DNA of 29,233 nucleotides from Spirulina sp. (GTDB lineage Bacteria; Cyanobacteriota; Cyanobacteriia; Phormidesmidales; Phormidesmidaceae): NCBI GenBank assembly GCA_044070495.1, contig JBIPSI010000047.1, positions 1 to 29,233 of the forward strand, read 5' to 3'. Shown piece by piece: positions 1 to 8,131 of this stretch (position 1 is its first letter; each line of letters starts with the position of its first letter). The notes under the pieces were generated by a model. It saw only the letters and a program-made list of their open reading frames with translations, ran no database searches and was not told where the DNA came from. The position numbers and the translations under genes were made by a program.

Positions 1-1027
1 AAACAGTAAATCCGTTTGAGTCCGTGTAGACCTGGAATTTTCCGGCCTGTCTCCCATTCCCGTGATATGTCTCGTTTGAACCACTCGAAACAGGCCCAGT
101 CAATGGAGCGGAAACGGTGTTCACATAGCTGCCAAATTGATTGGTATGCCCACCGACTGCCCGATAGACTACGCCCGACACTGAGCCACTATTTGAGCTT
201 CCAGGCTCCGTTTCAGGCCCTGGGGGAATGGCGTCGGGGTCGGTTTGGTTGGGGTAGTCGTCATTCCAGCCTAGGGAGCGGCCTAGTACTCCATTCGGGT
301 TGCCTGGGTCGGTATCGTCGGGGAATAGGTAGCGCCCTGCCGCCGCAGCTGCAGCTCCAGCAACACCGATAGGGCCAGCCCCGATGGCTCCAATCCCGCC
401 GCTAATCTCTGGGTAACTGGGGCGCTGGGGGCGGGGGTCTTGGGTGCGCTCCTTATAGTGCTCCTCTCGGTCGGGGGCTACCTTATCCCAAGCGGCATCT
501 ATCGCGGCCTCTCCGGCAATACCGATCCCTAGCCCCGCCCCACCCCGAATCACAGAACCAGGGGATAGCGTAGGAACACGGGGAACCCTGGGGTTCACCC
601 CTCGGCCTGGGTTGGGTGTACGGGGGGCACTGGAGGGGGCCGTCTGAGAGTTTACCCCTCGGCCTGGATTGTACCCAGTGGCCTGGGGTGGGGTACTACC
701 TGCGTTGATCGGGCCACCATCTAGGCCAGCACTGCGAACAGGCCGACCGCTGCGAGTGGAGGGCTGCCCTAGGGGGTCTCCGGCCAGCGGACGATACAGG
801 GGATCCCCCACATCGGCAGGCATCCGATAGGGAACCTCGGCGGTTACATTTTGCCCTGGGACGTTGAACTCCCTAACGTAGGTTGTGGGGCTGATGTTGG
901 AAGTTTGCGCCGTTTGGGGGATGGCGATCTGATCGATATTCCCCACCGTGGGAGGGCGGGTAATGGCTCCGCTATTGATCGATTGACCCAGCTCCGTTGG
1001 GCTAGCCGATTTGAGGGCAACAGACAT
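1..1027 (-). CDS. Pro/Gly-rich hypothetical protein, 3'-truncated by window edge (>342 aa); possible virion or attachment protein of an integrated element
   Basis: Manual translation from ATG at 1027 (MSVALKSASPTELGQSINSGAITRPPTVGN...) stays open to the window start. It begins 9 bp after the stop of the 99-aa ORF. It has a repeated NPGRGVN motif and two Gly/Ala-rich hydrophobic segments. Confidence 0.75.
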   Translation of the reverse strand, partial: MSVALKSASPTELGQSINSGAITRPPTVGNIDQIAIPQTAQTSNISPTTYVREFNVPGQNVTAEVPYRMPADVGDPLYRPLAGDPLGQPSTRSGRPVRSAGLDGGPINAGSTPPQATGYNPGRGVNSQTAPSSAPRTPNPGRGVNPRVPRVPTLSPGSVIRGGAGLGIGIAGEAAIDAAWDKVAPDREEHYKERTQDPRPQRPSYPEISGGIGAIGAGPIGVAGAAAAAAGRYLFPDDTDPGNPNGVLGRSLGWNDDYPNQTDPDAIPPGPETEPGSSNSGSVSGVVYRAVGGHTNQFGSYVNTVSAPLTGPVSSGSNETYHGNGRQAGKFQVYTDSNGFTV

Positions 1028-1036
1028 CACTCACCC

Positions 1037-1336
1037 CTAGGGCGTATAGCCAGACGGGATGGCAGCGTTACTAGCCTCCAGGGCCTGGGCGAACATGGGC
1101 AGCGTATCTTCTCGCCACGTATCCAGCAGTTGGATCGACAGACGGAAGATAATTCTTTCCGTCTTGTCAGCCGCCAACCCATCTTGGGCGGTGACCAGAG
1201 GGATTAGCGGACTAGCGTCGCTTTCCTGGTAACGGTCGTTTTTGTGAAGCTGATAAAAGGCTCCGCAGGCCCAAACGACTAACTTCTCTAGGGAGTCAAC
1301 CGAGGGGGGGAGGTCTGTAGTCGAAAATGCAGACAT
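1037..1336 (-). CDS. 99-aa hypothetical protein, probably co-transcribed with the Pro/Gly-rich ORF
   Basis: ATG start, globular-looking composition, tight operon spacing with ORF 1027..1, divergent from the recombinase. Confidence 0.7.
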   Translation of the reverse strand: MSAFSTTDLPPSVDSLEKLVVWACGAFYQLHKNDRYQESDASPLIPLVTAQDGLAADKTERIIFRLSIQLLDTWREDTLPMFAQALEASNAAIPSGYTP

Positions 1337-1521
1337 AGGAAAATCAGGAACTCTATGCCAGTTTTACGGCATTAAATCTTGATAGAGAAGATCAGGAAAT
1401 CTACAAATCGAGCATTAGAATTAATAGCTAGAACGGCCTACCGATGCGGCTTTTGGGCGACAGGGAAATATATTGAAGTTGCTGCGGTTCCTGTTCTTAA
1501 TGTTTTTCGAGAGAATCAGGA

Positions 1522-2082
1522 ATGAAAATTCATGGCAACGGGCAGGCGGAACCGCTAACAAAAACTCAGTTCAACACAGTGCTTAACAATTTGAGGGGGG
1601 CCTATCGTATGGCCTTCGCCCTGTGCTGGTATACGACCGAACGACCGGGGGCGATCCTTCAACTTGACGTTGAGGACTGCTACACCTCCGGCGACAAACG
1701 ACGGCCACGGGAAACCATTGTGATTGCCAGGGCCAAGCGGAAAGATCGGCGGACAAGGGAAGTTCCCGTAACGGTTGGCCTAGCCGCCGAGCTACGCCTC
1801 TACGACGCTCCGGCCTGGGGGCCATTGTTCCCTAGCGACAGCCGAAGCGGCCATCTTAGCTATCGGGCCTACTACAACGCTTTGTCTAGGGCTTTTGCAC
1901 AACTGGGGATGACGGGCTACAGCCCCTACAGCACTCGAAGGGGAGCCTTAACCCATCTCCTAAAGAAAGGCATTTCAACAAAGCGGATCCAGGAATTGAG
2001 CGGCCATGCTTCACTGGCCAGCCTGCAACCTTACCTGGAATCCAGCGAAGCAGAAAAGCGGCGAACAGCGGAGCTGCTGTGA
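1522..2082 (+). CDS. Short tyrosine recombinase (phage integrase family, essentially catalytic domain only)
   Basis: Motifs YTTERPGAIL (Arg I), YSTRR (HxxR variant), SGH and LQPYL (catalytic Tyr); 186 aa. Confidence 0.9.
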   Translation: MKIHGNGQAEPLTKTQFNTVLNNLRGAYRMAFALCWYTTERPGAILQLDVEDCYTSGDKRRPRETIVIARAKRKDRRTREVPVTVGLAAELRLYDAPAWGPLFPSDSRSGHLSYRAYYNALSRAFAQLGMTGYSPYSTRRGALTHLLKKGISTKRIQELSGHASLASLQPYLESSEAEKRRTAELL

Positions 2083-2188
2083 TCGTGTCTCAGGGTGAGA
2101 AACCAGGACTCTAACACTGAGACTAGACAGGTTGAATTTACTAGAGCAACATTCTTCAGCCAGTGACCGTCTGGATCCTTGACCTCTC

Positions 2189-2216
2189 GTACGGGCGCAC
2201 TGCGGTGCGCCCGTAC
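2189..2216. repeat. REP-like palindrome GTACGGGCGCAC-TGCG-GTGCGCCCGTAC
   Basis: Perfect 12-bp stem; near-identical copy at 7646-7673. Confidence 0.8.
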
Positions 2217-2256
2217 CCATCCAGGCTCAATTCGCCCTAAAATCCAGTTTGATTGG

Positions 2257-2268
2257 ATTGTATACAGT
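2257..2268. promoter_or_regulatory. Candidate GntR-family operator (TGTATACA palindrome) upstream of puuE
   Basis: ATTGTATACAGT lies between a -10-like TAAAAT (2238-2243) and the puuE ATG (2280). Confidence 0.35.
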
Positions 2269-2279
2269 GTCCTCAACCT

Positions 2280-3200
2280 ATGATGTCCTCGAATTCCTAC
2301 CCCCGTGATCTGATTGGCTATGGCCGCACCCCGATCCATCCCCAGTGGCCCGGAAACGCCCGTATCGCTGTGCAGTTTGTGATCAACTACGAGGAGGGCG
2401 GCGAAAACTGCATCCTCCACGGCGATGCGGCCTCGGAGGCGTTTTTGTCGGAAAGTGTGGGGGCGGCTCCGCTGCCGGGGGTACGCAACATGAGCATGGA
2501 GTCGATGTATGAGTATGGCAGTCGGACGGGGTTTTGGCGGCTGCATCGGTTGTTCACCCAGCGAGGGTTACCGCTGACGGTCTATGGGGTGGCGATGGCG
2601 ATGGCCCGCAACCCGGAGGCGGTGGTGGCGATGAACGAAGCAGGCTGGGAAATTGCCAGCCACGGCTACCGCTGGATTGACTATCAATACATTGGCCTGG
2701 AGACCGAACGGGAGCACATCCGGAAGGCGGTGGAAATTCATACCCAGGTGGCGGGAACTCGGCCCCTCGGCTTCTACCAAGGCCGCATGAGTCCCAACAC
2801 CCGCGCCCTGGTGGTGGAAGAGGGCGGATTTCTCTACGATGCCGATAGCTACGCCGACGATCTGCCCTACTGGACGCTGGACTACGGCAAGCCTCACCTG
2901 ATCATCCCCTACACCCTCGACAACAACGATATGCGCTTTGCCACCTATGCCGGGTTTAATTCGGGGGATCAGTTCTTTGCCTACCTGCGCGACGCCTTCG
3001 ATACCCTCTATGCCGAAGGGGATGAAGCGCCCAAAATGATGAGCATTGGCCTCCACTGCCGTCTGTCTGGACGCCCCGGACGCACCGCTGCCCTGGCTCG
3101 TTTTTTGGACTATGTGCAGGGCCACGAACGGGTTTGGGTTTGCCGTCGGCTAGACATTGCGCACCACTGGCATCGCCACCATGCCCCTGGAATTGGCTAA
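2280..3200 (+). CDS. puuE: Allantoinase PuuE (polysaccharide deacetylase family)
   Basis: YPRDLIGYG, WPGNARIAVQFVINYEEGGE, ESMYEYGSR, PYTLDNNDMRF and SIGLHCRLSGRPGR motifs. ATG at 2280/2283 preferred over TTG at 2253. Confidence 0.92.
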   Translation: MMSSNSYPRDLIGYGRTPIHPQWPGNARIAVQFVINYEEGGENCILHGDAASEAFLSESVGAAPLPGVRNMSMESMYEYGSRTGFWRLHRLFTQRGLPLTVYGVAMAMARNPEAVVAMNEAGWEIASHGYRWIDYQYIGLETEREHIRKAVEIHTQVAGTRPLGFYQGRMSPNTRALVVEEGGFLYDADSYADDLPYWTLDYGKPHLIIPYTLDNNDMRFATYAGFNSGDQFFAYLRDAFDTLYAEGDEAPKMMSIGLHCRLSGRPGRTAALARFLDYVQGHERVWVCRRLDIAHHWHRHHAPGIG

Positions 3201-3217
3201 CAATTTCACTATTTATA

Positions 3218-3584
3218 GTAACTACTCAGGCTGTGGCAGGGGTGATTGAGGATTACCGGAGAACAAGTTCAGGTCCGAGGGCGTTTGCCGAATCCGTCAT
3301 CCGAGGGTGGTTGACTGCTGTTGCGACTGTCTTGGCGTAACTGGCCTTGCAGGTCTTTGACCTCAGCTTCCAAGCGATTCAGACGCTCCAATCACTTGCT
3401 CACCAAGCTCACAACAGCATCTTCCCCCTGCGCATAGCCCTACCGGTTCTCGGCATCACTCAACGGTATCGGAGGCTTTGGATGGCTCACAACTGGACTC
3501 ACCCTACTCGGTTGGGCTCAACCGAATCAAATACCAAGGCCGATCCTCAAAAAGCAGTGACTTTTTTGAAGCCTGAGTAGTTAC
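3218..3584. mobile_element. Internally deleted IS66-family element (367 bp)
   Basis: Perfect 15-bp terminal inverted repeats GTAACTACTCAGGCT (3218-3232) and AGCCTGAGTAGTTAC (3570-3584) enclose transposase remnants. Confidence 0.85.
3223..3490 (-). pseudogene. IS66 transposase remnant (N-terminus joined to extreme C-terminus)
   Basis: Reads ...ENR*GYAQGEDAVVSLVSK*LERLNRLEAEVKDLQGQLRQDSRNSSQPPSDDGFGKRPRT*, then in another frame NLFSGNPQSPLPQPE* ending inside the IR. DSRNSSxPPS is typical of IS66 TnpC N-termini. Confidence 0.8.
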
Positions 3585-3591
3585 CAGGAAT

Positions 3592-4176
3592 CTATTTCAT
3601 TTTTTGCTTGATAAAGGCCAGCACCTTGGCGAGTTGCCCTTTCAACTGGGCCACCTCGGCCTGCAACTGCTTCACCTGGGTTTGCAGGGCGGCAAATTCT
3701 TCTGGTCTAACCCCAGCACCAGCGCTGGCAGGAGCGGCGGCAGAGGCCGCAGGAGCGGCGGCGGGGGCGGGGGCCGGGGCAGGCACATTGCGACGAGGCT
3801 TACGGGCCTTCACCATGGCGGCCTTAATCGCTTCGATCAGTTCCTTTTGCTCGAAGGGCTTTTGAATAAACTCGAAGTACTCAAAAGGCTCCGACATCTT
3901 TTCGGTGACCTCTTCCTTGCGGCCCGACATCAGCACCAAGGGGATTTTCTGGAGGTCGGCGTTTGCCTGAATTTCCTGGAACACTTCCCAGCCACTCATG
4001 CGGGGCAGTAAAAAATCCAGCATGATCAGGTTGGGGTGCTGCTCGCGGATGGCATCCATGCCTTCCACGCCATCCTTGGCCTCGATGACTTCAAAATTAC
4101 CCTGGGGCAGCATGTCGCGCACACGCATGCGAATCACCCGACTATCATCGATGACCAAAATTTTGTGACTTGCCAC
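3592..4176 (-). CDS. Response regulator (receiver domain, Ala/Pro linker, C-terminal coiled coil)
   Basis: ILVIDD, MLDFLLP (phospho-Asp), MSG and KPF motifs; no DNA-binding output domain. Confidence 0.9.
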   Translation of the reverse strand: MASHKILVIDDSRVIRMRVRDMLPQGNFEVIEAKDGVEGMDAIREQHPNLIMLDFLLPRMSGWEVFQEIQANADLQKIPLVLMSGRKEEVTEKMSEPFEYFEFIQKPFEQKELIEAIKAAMVKARKPRRNVPAPAPAPAAAPAASAAAPASAGAGVRPEEFAALQTQVKQLQAEVAQLKGQLAKVLAFIKQKMK

Positions 4177-4427
4177 AGTGGACTCCTCTTACGGTGTCGA
4201 AGCAGGTTGGAGACAACAATGCCATCCATGATAGTTCAGGTTGCTAGAAAGCTTTCGCCTTTGCTGGAGGAATTGCCGGATTGGCGCGAAAGCAAAGCTA
4301 GCCCAGCTCGGAATGGTTGATGTCATGGTCTAGGGTTCCCCAAATGCCCCCTTATCTAACGGTGTGTGAATAGCGTGTGACTATCGAACGGTGGGTCGGC
4401 GGTTGCCCATGGGTTCCGCTAGCGTCG

Positions 4428-4483
4428 CTCGCCTAAAACCACTCGCCTAAAACCACTCGATTAAAACCACTTGTCTAGAACCG
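4428..4483. repeat. 14-bp tandem repeat CTCGCCTAAAACCA (3 copies plus 1 degenerate copy overlapping the glcD stop)
   Basis: Units at 4428, 4442, 4456 and 4470. Confidence 0.8.
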
Positions 4484-5950
4484 CTCGACGCTAGGAAACG
4501 CGCCCCCCTGGCTGCGGGCCGCTTCGCCACAGGTGCGGGGGGTGGGCAGCAGCTTGGTGGGATTGGCGAGGCCGCTGGGGTTAAAGGCTTGGCGCACCCA
4601 GGCCATGGTTTCTAGGTCGGTTTCGGAGAACATATCGGGCATGTAGCAGCGTTTGTCGGCCCCGATGCCGTGCTCGCCGGAAATGCTGCCCCCCACCTTG
4701 ATGCAGAGCTTGAGGATGTCGCCGCCGAGTTCCTCCACCTGTTCAAGCTGTCCGGGGATGGCGTTGTTGTAGAGAATTAGCGGATGGAGGTTGCCGTCGC
4801 CTGCGTGGAACACATTGGCCACCCGATAGCCGTGGTGGGCACCGAGGGCTTCGATTTCCTTCAGCACGTAGGGCAGTTGGGTGCGGGGAATGACGCCATC
4901 CTGCACGTAGTAGTCGGGGCTGAGTTTGCCCATGGCGGCGAAGGCGGCTTTGCGACCCTTCCACAGGCGCAGGCGTTCTTCGGAGTCGGTGGCGACGGTG
5001 ATGCTGCGGGCACCGTTTTGGCGGCAGAGTTGGTCGATGCGTTCCCCGGTGGCCTTCACCTCGGCGGGGAGGCCGTCAATCTCGATCAACAAAATTGCCG
5101 CCGCATCCCTGGGGTAGCAGTTGGTGGCGACCACATCCTCCACGGCGTTGAGGCTGAAGTTGTCCATCATTTCCATCCCGGCGGGGATAATTCCGGCACT
5201 GGTGATGGCCGACACCGCCTCCCCGGCGGCTTCCACGGAGGTGAAATCCGCCAAGAGAACCTGGATAGATTCGGGCGCTTTGAGAATCCGTAGAGTAATT
5301 TCTGTGGCGATGCCTAGGGTACCCTCGGAACCGACAAATACTCCGGTCAGGTCATAGCCGGGAGTTTCCGCCACGGGGCCACCGATGTCCACAATGTCGC
5401 CGCTGGGGGTGACTACCTTGAGGCCGAGGACGTGGTTAGTGGTCACGCCATACTTGAGGCAGTGGACACCGCCGGAATTTTCGGCCACATTGCCCCCCAC
5501 GGAACACACCGACTGGCTGGAGGGATCCGGCGCGTAGTAAAACCCGGCCCCGCCAACCGCCTGGGTGACCCAGTTGTTGATTACTCCCGGCTGCACTACC
5601 ACCCGCTGATTCTCTAGGTCGATATCTAGAATATTTCGCATGGTGGCCATGACGATCAGCACGGAATCCTGGATGGGAAGCGCCCCCCCGGATAGCCCGG
5701 TTCCGGCCCCCCGCGCCACAAAGGGCACCTGAAAGCGGTCGCAAATTTTCACCGCCGCCGCCACTTCTTCGGTGGAGTTGGGCAGCACCACCACCGCCGG
5801 ACGCTGCCGATAGCTGGTGAGGCCATCGCACTCGTAGACCAAAATTTCTTCCTTGCGCCGTACTACCTTATCCGGCCCAAGGGCAGCGGTAAAGGCGTCA
5901 ATAATGGGCGTCCAGGATTGAGTAGTGGGAGCGGTGACGGCAGAGGACAT
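4475..5950 (-). CDS. glcD: Glycolate dehydrogenase/oxidase subunit GlcD (FAD-linked oxidase)
   Basis: YECDGLT, ARGAGTGLSGGA, YAPDPSSQ, GGVHCLKYGVT, HAGDGNLHP and SGEHGIG motifs. Confidence 0.92.
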   Translation of the reverse strand: MSSAVTAPTTQSWTPIIDAFTAALGPDKVVRRKEEILVYECDGLTSYRQRPAVVVLPNSTEEVAAAVKICDRFQVPFVARGAGTGLSGGALPIQDSVLIVMATMRNILDIDLENQRVVVQPGVINNWVTQAVGGAGFYYAPDPSSQSVCSVGGNVAENSGGVHCLKYGVTTNHVLGLKVVTPSGDIVDIGGPVAETPGYDLTGVFVGSEGTLGIATEITLRILKAPESIQVLLADFTSVEAAGEAVSAITSAGIIPAGMEMMDNFSLNAVEDVVATNCYPRDAAAILLIEIDGLPAEVKATGERIDQLCRQNGARSITVATDSEERLRLWKGRKAAFAAMGKLSPDYYVQDGVIPRTQLPYVLKEIEALGAHHGYRVANVFHAGDGNLHPLILYNNAIPGQLEQVEELGGDILKLCIKVGGSISGEHGIGADKRCYMPDMFSETDLETMAWVRQAFNPSGLANPTKLLPTPRTCGEAARSQGGAFPSVERF

Positions 5951-6124
5951 GGGGGATAGACTCGTGAACTAGGTCTGATCCTAGCAAGGCAAGCCCTAAA
6001 AGTTCACGCTGGGGTCACACTGGCGCAAATCTGCAAACTTCCCAAAGAATCGTTTTTCGGATCGGGAGACAAGGGATAAAACCGCTAGGATCACAGCACT
6101 ACTACTAAGCCTAGAAGCCTTGAG

Positions 6125-6153
6125 GTCGCAAAGTCGCGTCGCAAAGTCGCAAA
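6125..6153. repeat. Short tandem repeat (GTCGCAAA x3, with one partial copy)
   Basis: gtcgcaaa-gtcgc-gtcgcaaa-gtcgcaaa just upstream of ORF 6187. Confidence 0.6.
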
Positions 6154-6186
6154 GCTTGACCTAGGAGAGCAATAGGCAGGGGGATT

Positions 6187-6681
6187 ATGGCTAGCCAAGA
6201 ACAGGTGAGGGAATTTTTGGCCCACTGGTTTCAGTTGGGCAAGCCCGTGGTGCTGGCAGAGGATCGGGGAGAATGCCTGCCGTCACCGATTTTTCACAAA
6301 GGCAGCTACAGCCAATCCTTTGAGAATTGCTGGCACCAAATTATGGTCACCAGCGGCCAGGGTTGCTACCTAGAGGGCACCACCCAAAGCATTGCCACCA
6401 TGCTGACACCAGCCTGGGAAATTACTGCCTGTGCCCGCTGCGAGATGCCGGTGGCCCTGCCGATTCTGGGCCTCAACCCCTGCCCCTGCCCCTGTCACGA
6501 TCTCCAGACCTGGCCCAACACCGAGGTGCCCACCCCCCGGCCAGCGGTGGATGACGATCAGCACCTCAGCGACATTCAGCAGCGTCTAGAGCAGGTCGCA
6601 GAACCCCCATCCCCCTCGCCCAAAGGCCCCTACGAAGCCGAGGACACCAGCGTTTTTTCCTCCTGGCGCAAGATGTCGTGA
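6187..6681 (+). CDS. Cyanobacterial-type hypothetical protein with CxxC...CPC motif (possible metal binding)
   Basis: ATG with purine-rich upstream sequence; WFQLGK, CARC and CPCPCHDL motifs; 3' end overlaps rnz by 52 bp. Confidence 0.75.
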   Translation: MASQEQVREFLAHWFQLGKPVVLAEDRGECLPSPIFHKGSYSQSFENCWHQIMVTSGQGCYLEGTTQSIATMLTPAWEITACARCEMPVALPILGLNPCPCPCHDLQTWPNTEVPTPRPAVDDDQHLSDIQQRLEQVAEPPSPSPKGPYEAEDTSVFSSWRKMS

Positions 6682-7592
6682 ACCAGAAAGTCGTGGGCCA
6701 TGATCGTGTTGGGGAAGATGGCCCTGGCCTCGGCGAGTAAATCCGAAAGCTGGATGCTGTTGCCCGGAGCATAGCGGGGGCTGAAGTGGGTCATAATCAA
6801 CTGCTTGGCCTGCGCCCCTAGGGCCACCTGGGCGGCCATGGTGGAGGTGGAATGGAGCCGCTGGTAGGCCAGGTCGGCATCCTGGTGGGCAAAGGTGGCT
6901 TCGTGGATCAGCACATCGGCCCCCTTGGCCAGATCGACGGCCCGGTCGCAATAAATCGTGTCGGTGCAGTAGACCAGCTTGCGCCCCACCAGATCCGGCC
7001 CGCAGAGATCGGCCCCATTGATGACTCGACCATCCTCCAATGTCACCCGTTTACCCTGCTTAAGCTGGCCATAGAGGGGGCCGGAGGGAATGCCCAGTGC
7101 CTTAGCCCGCTCCACATCAAACCGACCCGGACGATCCCGTTCCTCCACCCGATAGCCATGGGCGGGTACCCGGTGTTCCAAACGGTCGCAAAAGACGCGA
7201 AAGTCCTCATCCTCAAACACCAGCCCCGGCTCCACGGTGTGGACTTTAATCGGCAGGGTGAAGTGGGTTTGGGAATAGCGGCGACAGGCTTGCAGATAGT
7301 CGTTGAGGGGCTTGGGGCCATAGATATCGATGCGCTGCTGCCGATTGCCCGCCAGTCCACAACTGGCCAGCAGACCCATCAGGCCAAAAATGTGGTCGCC
7401 GTGCATGTGGGTGATGAAAATGCGGCGAATTTGGCTGGATTTGAACTCGCTGCGCAAAAATTGGTGCTGGGTACCCTCGCCACAGTCAAACAGCCACACC
7501 TCCGCCCGCTGGGGCAGCCGCAGCGCCACGCTCGACACATTGCGGGATCGGGTGGGCACCCCAGAACTCGTCCCCAAAAACGTAATTTGCAC
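6630..7592 (-). CDS. rnz: Ribonuclease Z
   Basis: [25 protein letters not shown] metallo-beta-lactamase motif, GP exosite, HEATF, HFSPRY. Confidence 0.96.
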   Translation of the reverse strand: MQITFLGTSSGVPTRSRNVSSVALRLPQRAEVWLFDCGEGTQHQFLRSEFKSSQIRRIFITHMHGDHIFGLMGLLASCGLAGNRQQRIDIYGPKPLNDYLQACRRYSQTHFTLPIKVHTVEPGLVFEDEDFRVFCDRLEHRVPAHGYRVEERDRPGRFDVERAKALGIPSGPLYGQLKQGKRVTLEDGRVINGADLCGPDLVGRKLVYCTDTIYCDRAVDLAKGADVLIHEATFAHQDADLAYQRLHSTSTMAAQVALGAQAKQLIMTHFSPRYAPGNSIQLSDLLAEARAIFPNTIMAHDFLVHDILRQEEKTLVSSAS

Positions 7593-7645
7593 GGGTCGTT
7601 CACCCCATCGACAACTCTGTTCCCTATCTTGTCACAACCCAACCC

Positions 7646-7673
7646 GTACGGGCGCACAGCGGTGCGCCCCAAC
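7646..7673. repeat. REP-like palindrome, copy of 2189-2216
   Basis: GTACGGGCGCACAGCGGTGCGCCCCAAC. Confidence 0.75.
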
Positions 7674-7745
7674 CCAGGGAACCGCCGAGGACGGACTATT
7701 ATGAAACCTGAGTAGATCGCAGATTGACCTGGGAGGACATTGACC

Positions 7746-8114
7746 ATGAATCAAGGACGCTGGATGAAAGCCCTGTTCTGGAACCCTATCGCCGTCTGTC
7801 TCACGGGGGGAGTGATGTTCTCATCCGCCGCCAGTGCCCAAGAGCCGCCGGGGATTTACTACTCCTGGCGTGCCATGGATATGACCGTAGCTCAATGTAT
7901 TGACCAAGCCGACAACGCCCTGGCCTCTCAGGATTTGAACCCTGTGCAAACCGACGCCATCAGCATTGCCGGACAGTCTGACGAGGCGACCGCCGTGTTT
8001 GTGTGCATGGAATCTCCCGGAGAAATCGACTACACCACGGTGATGGTGATTGTGGCCAGCATCGACGATGACCAAGCCGTGACCCTACGGGAAGCCCTCA
8101 AGCAAGCCTTTTGA
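7746..8114 (+). CDS. Small secreted hypothetical protein
   Basis: GGGAGGA RBS before ATG 7746; signal-peptide-like N-terminus ending ASA-Q; two Cys in the mature part. Confidence 0.7.
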   Translation: MNQGRWMKALFWNPIAVCLTGGVMFSSAASAQEPPGIYYSWRAMDMTVAQCIDQADNALASQDLNPVQTDAISIAGQSDEATAVFVCMESPGEIDYTTVMVIVASIDDDQAVTLREALKQAF

Positions 8115-8131
8115 CCTCGCTGTTTAGAACC

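Larger units (their letters stand above)
1..2123. mobile_element. Probable right end of an integrated element (provirus or genomic island)
   Basis: Recombinase plus non-core ORFs, AT-rich intergenic region, and a switch to core genes after ~2190. The boundary is inferred. Confidence 0.5.

Noticed and set aside
16..1207. Plus-strand ORFs 16..372 and 851..1207
   Set aside because: Antisense shadows of the better-supported minus-strand ORFs
2099..2182. Short open frame (...LDRLNLLEQHSSASDRLDP*) as the 3' remnant of a gene interrupted by the element
   Set aside because: Too short and not recognisable; needs the other end of the element
2083..2250. tRNA or tmRNA integration target after the recombinase
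   Set aside because: No T-loop (GTTCRA) or acceptor-stem/CCA pattern seen
3134..3580. ORFs 3134..3340 and 3347..3580
   Set aside because: Lie antisense to the IS66 remnant, with no protein-like features
4428..4483. CRISPR array interpretation of the tandem repeats here and at 22608-22673
   Set aside because: Units are 13-14 bp with no unique spacers, and no cas genes are present
2280..5950. puuE and glcD as a shared glyoxylate-pathway cluster
   Set aside because: Opposite strands, separated by unrelated genes; no other pathway genes in the window
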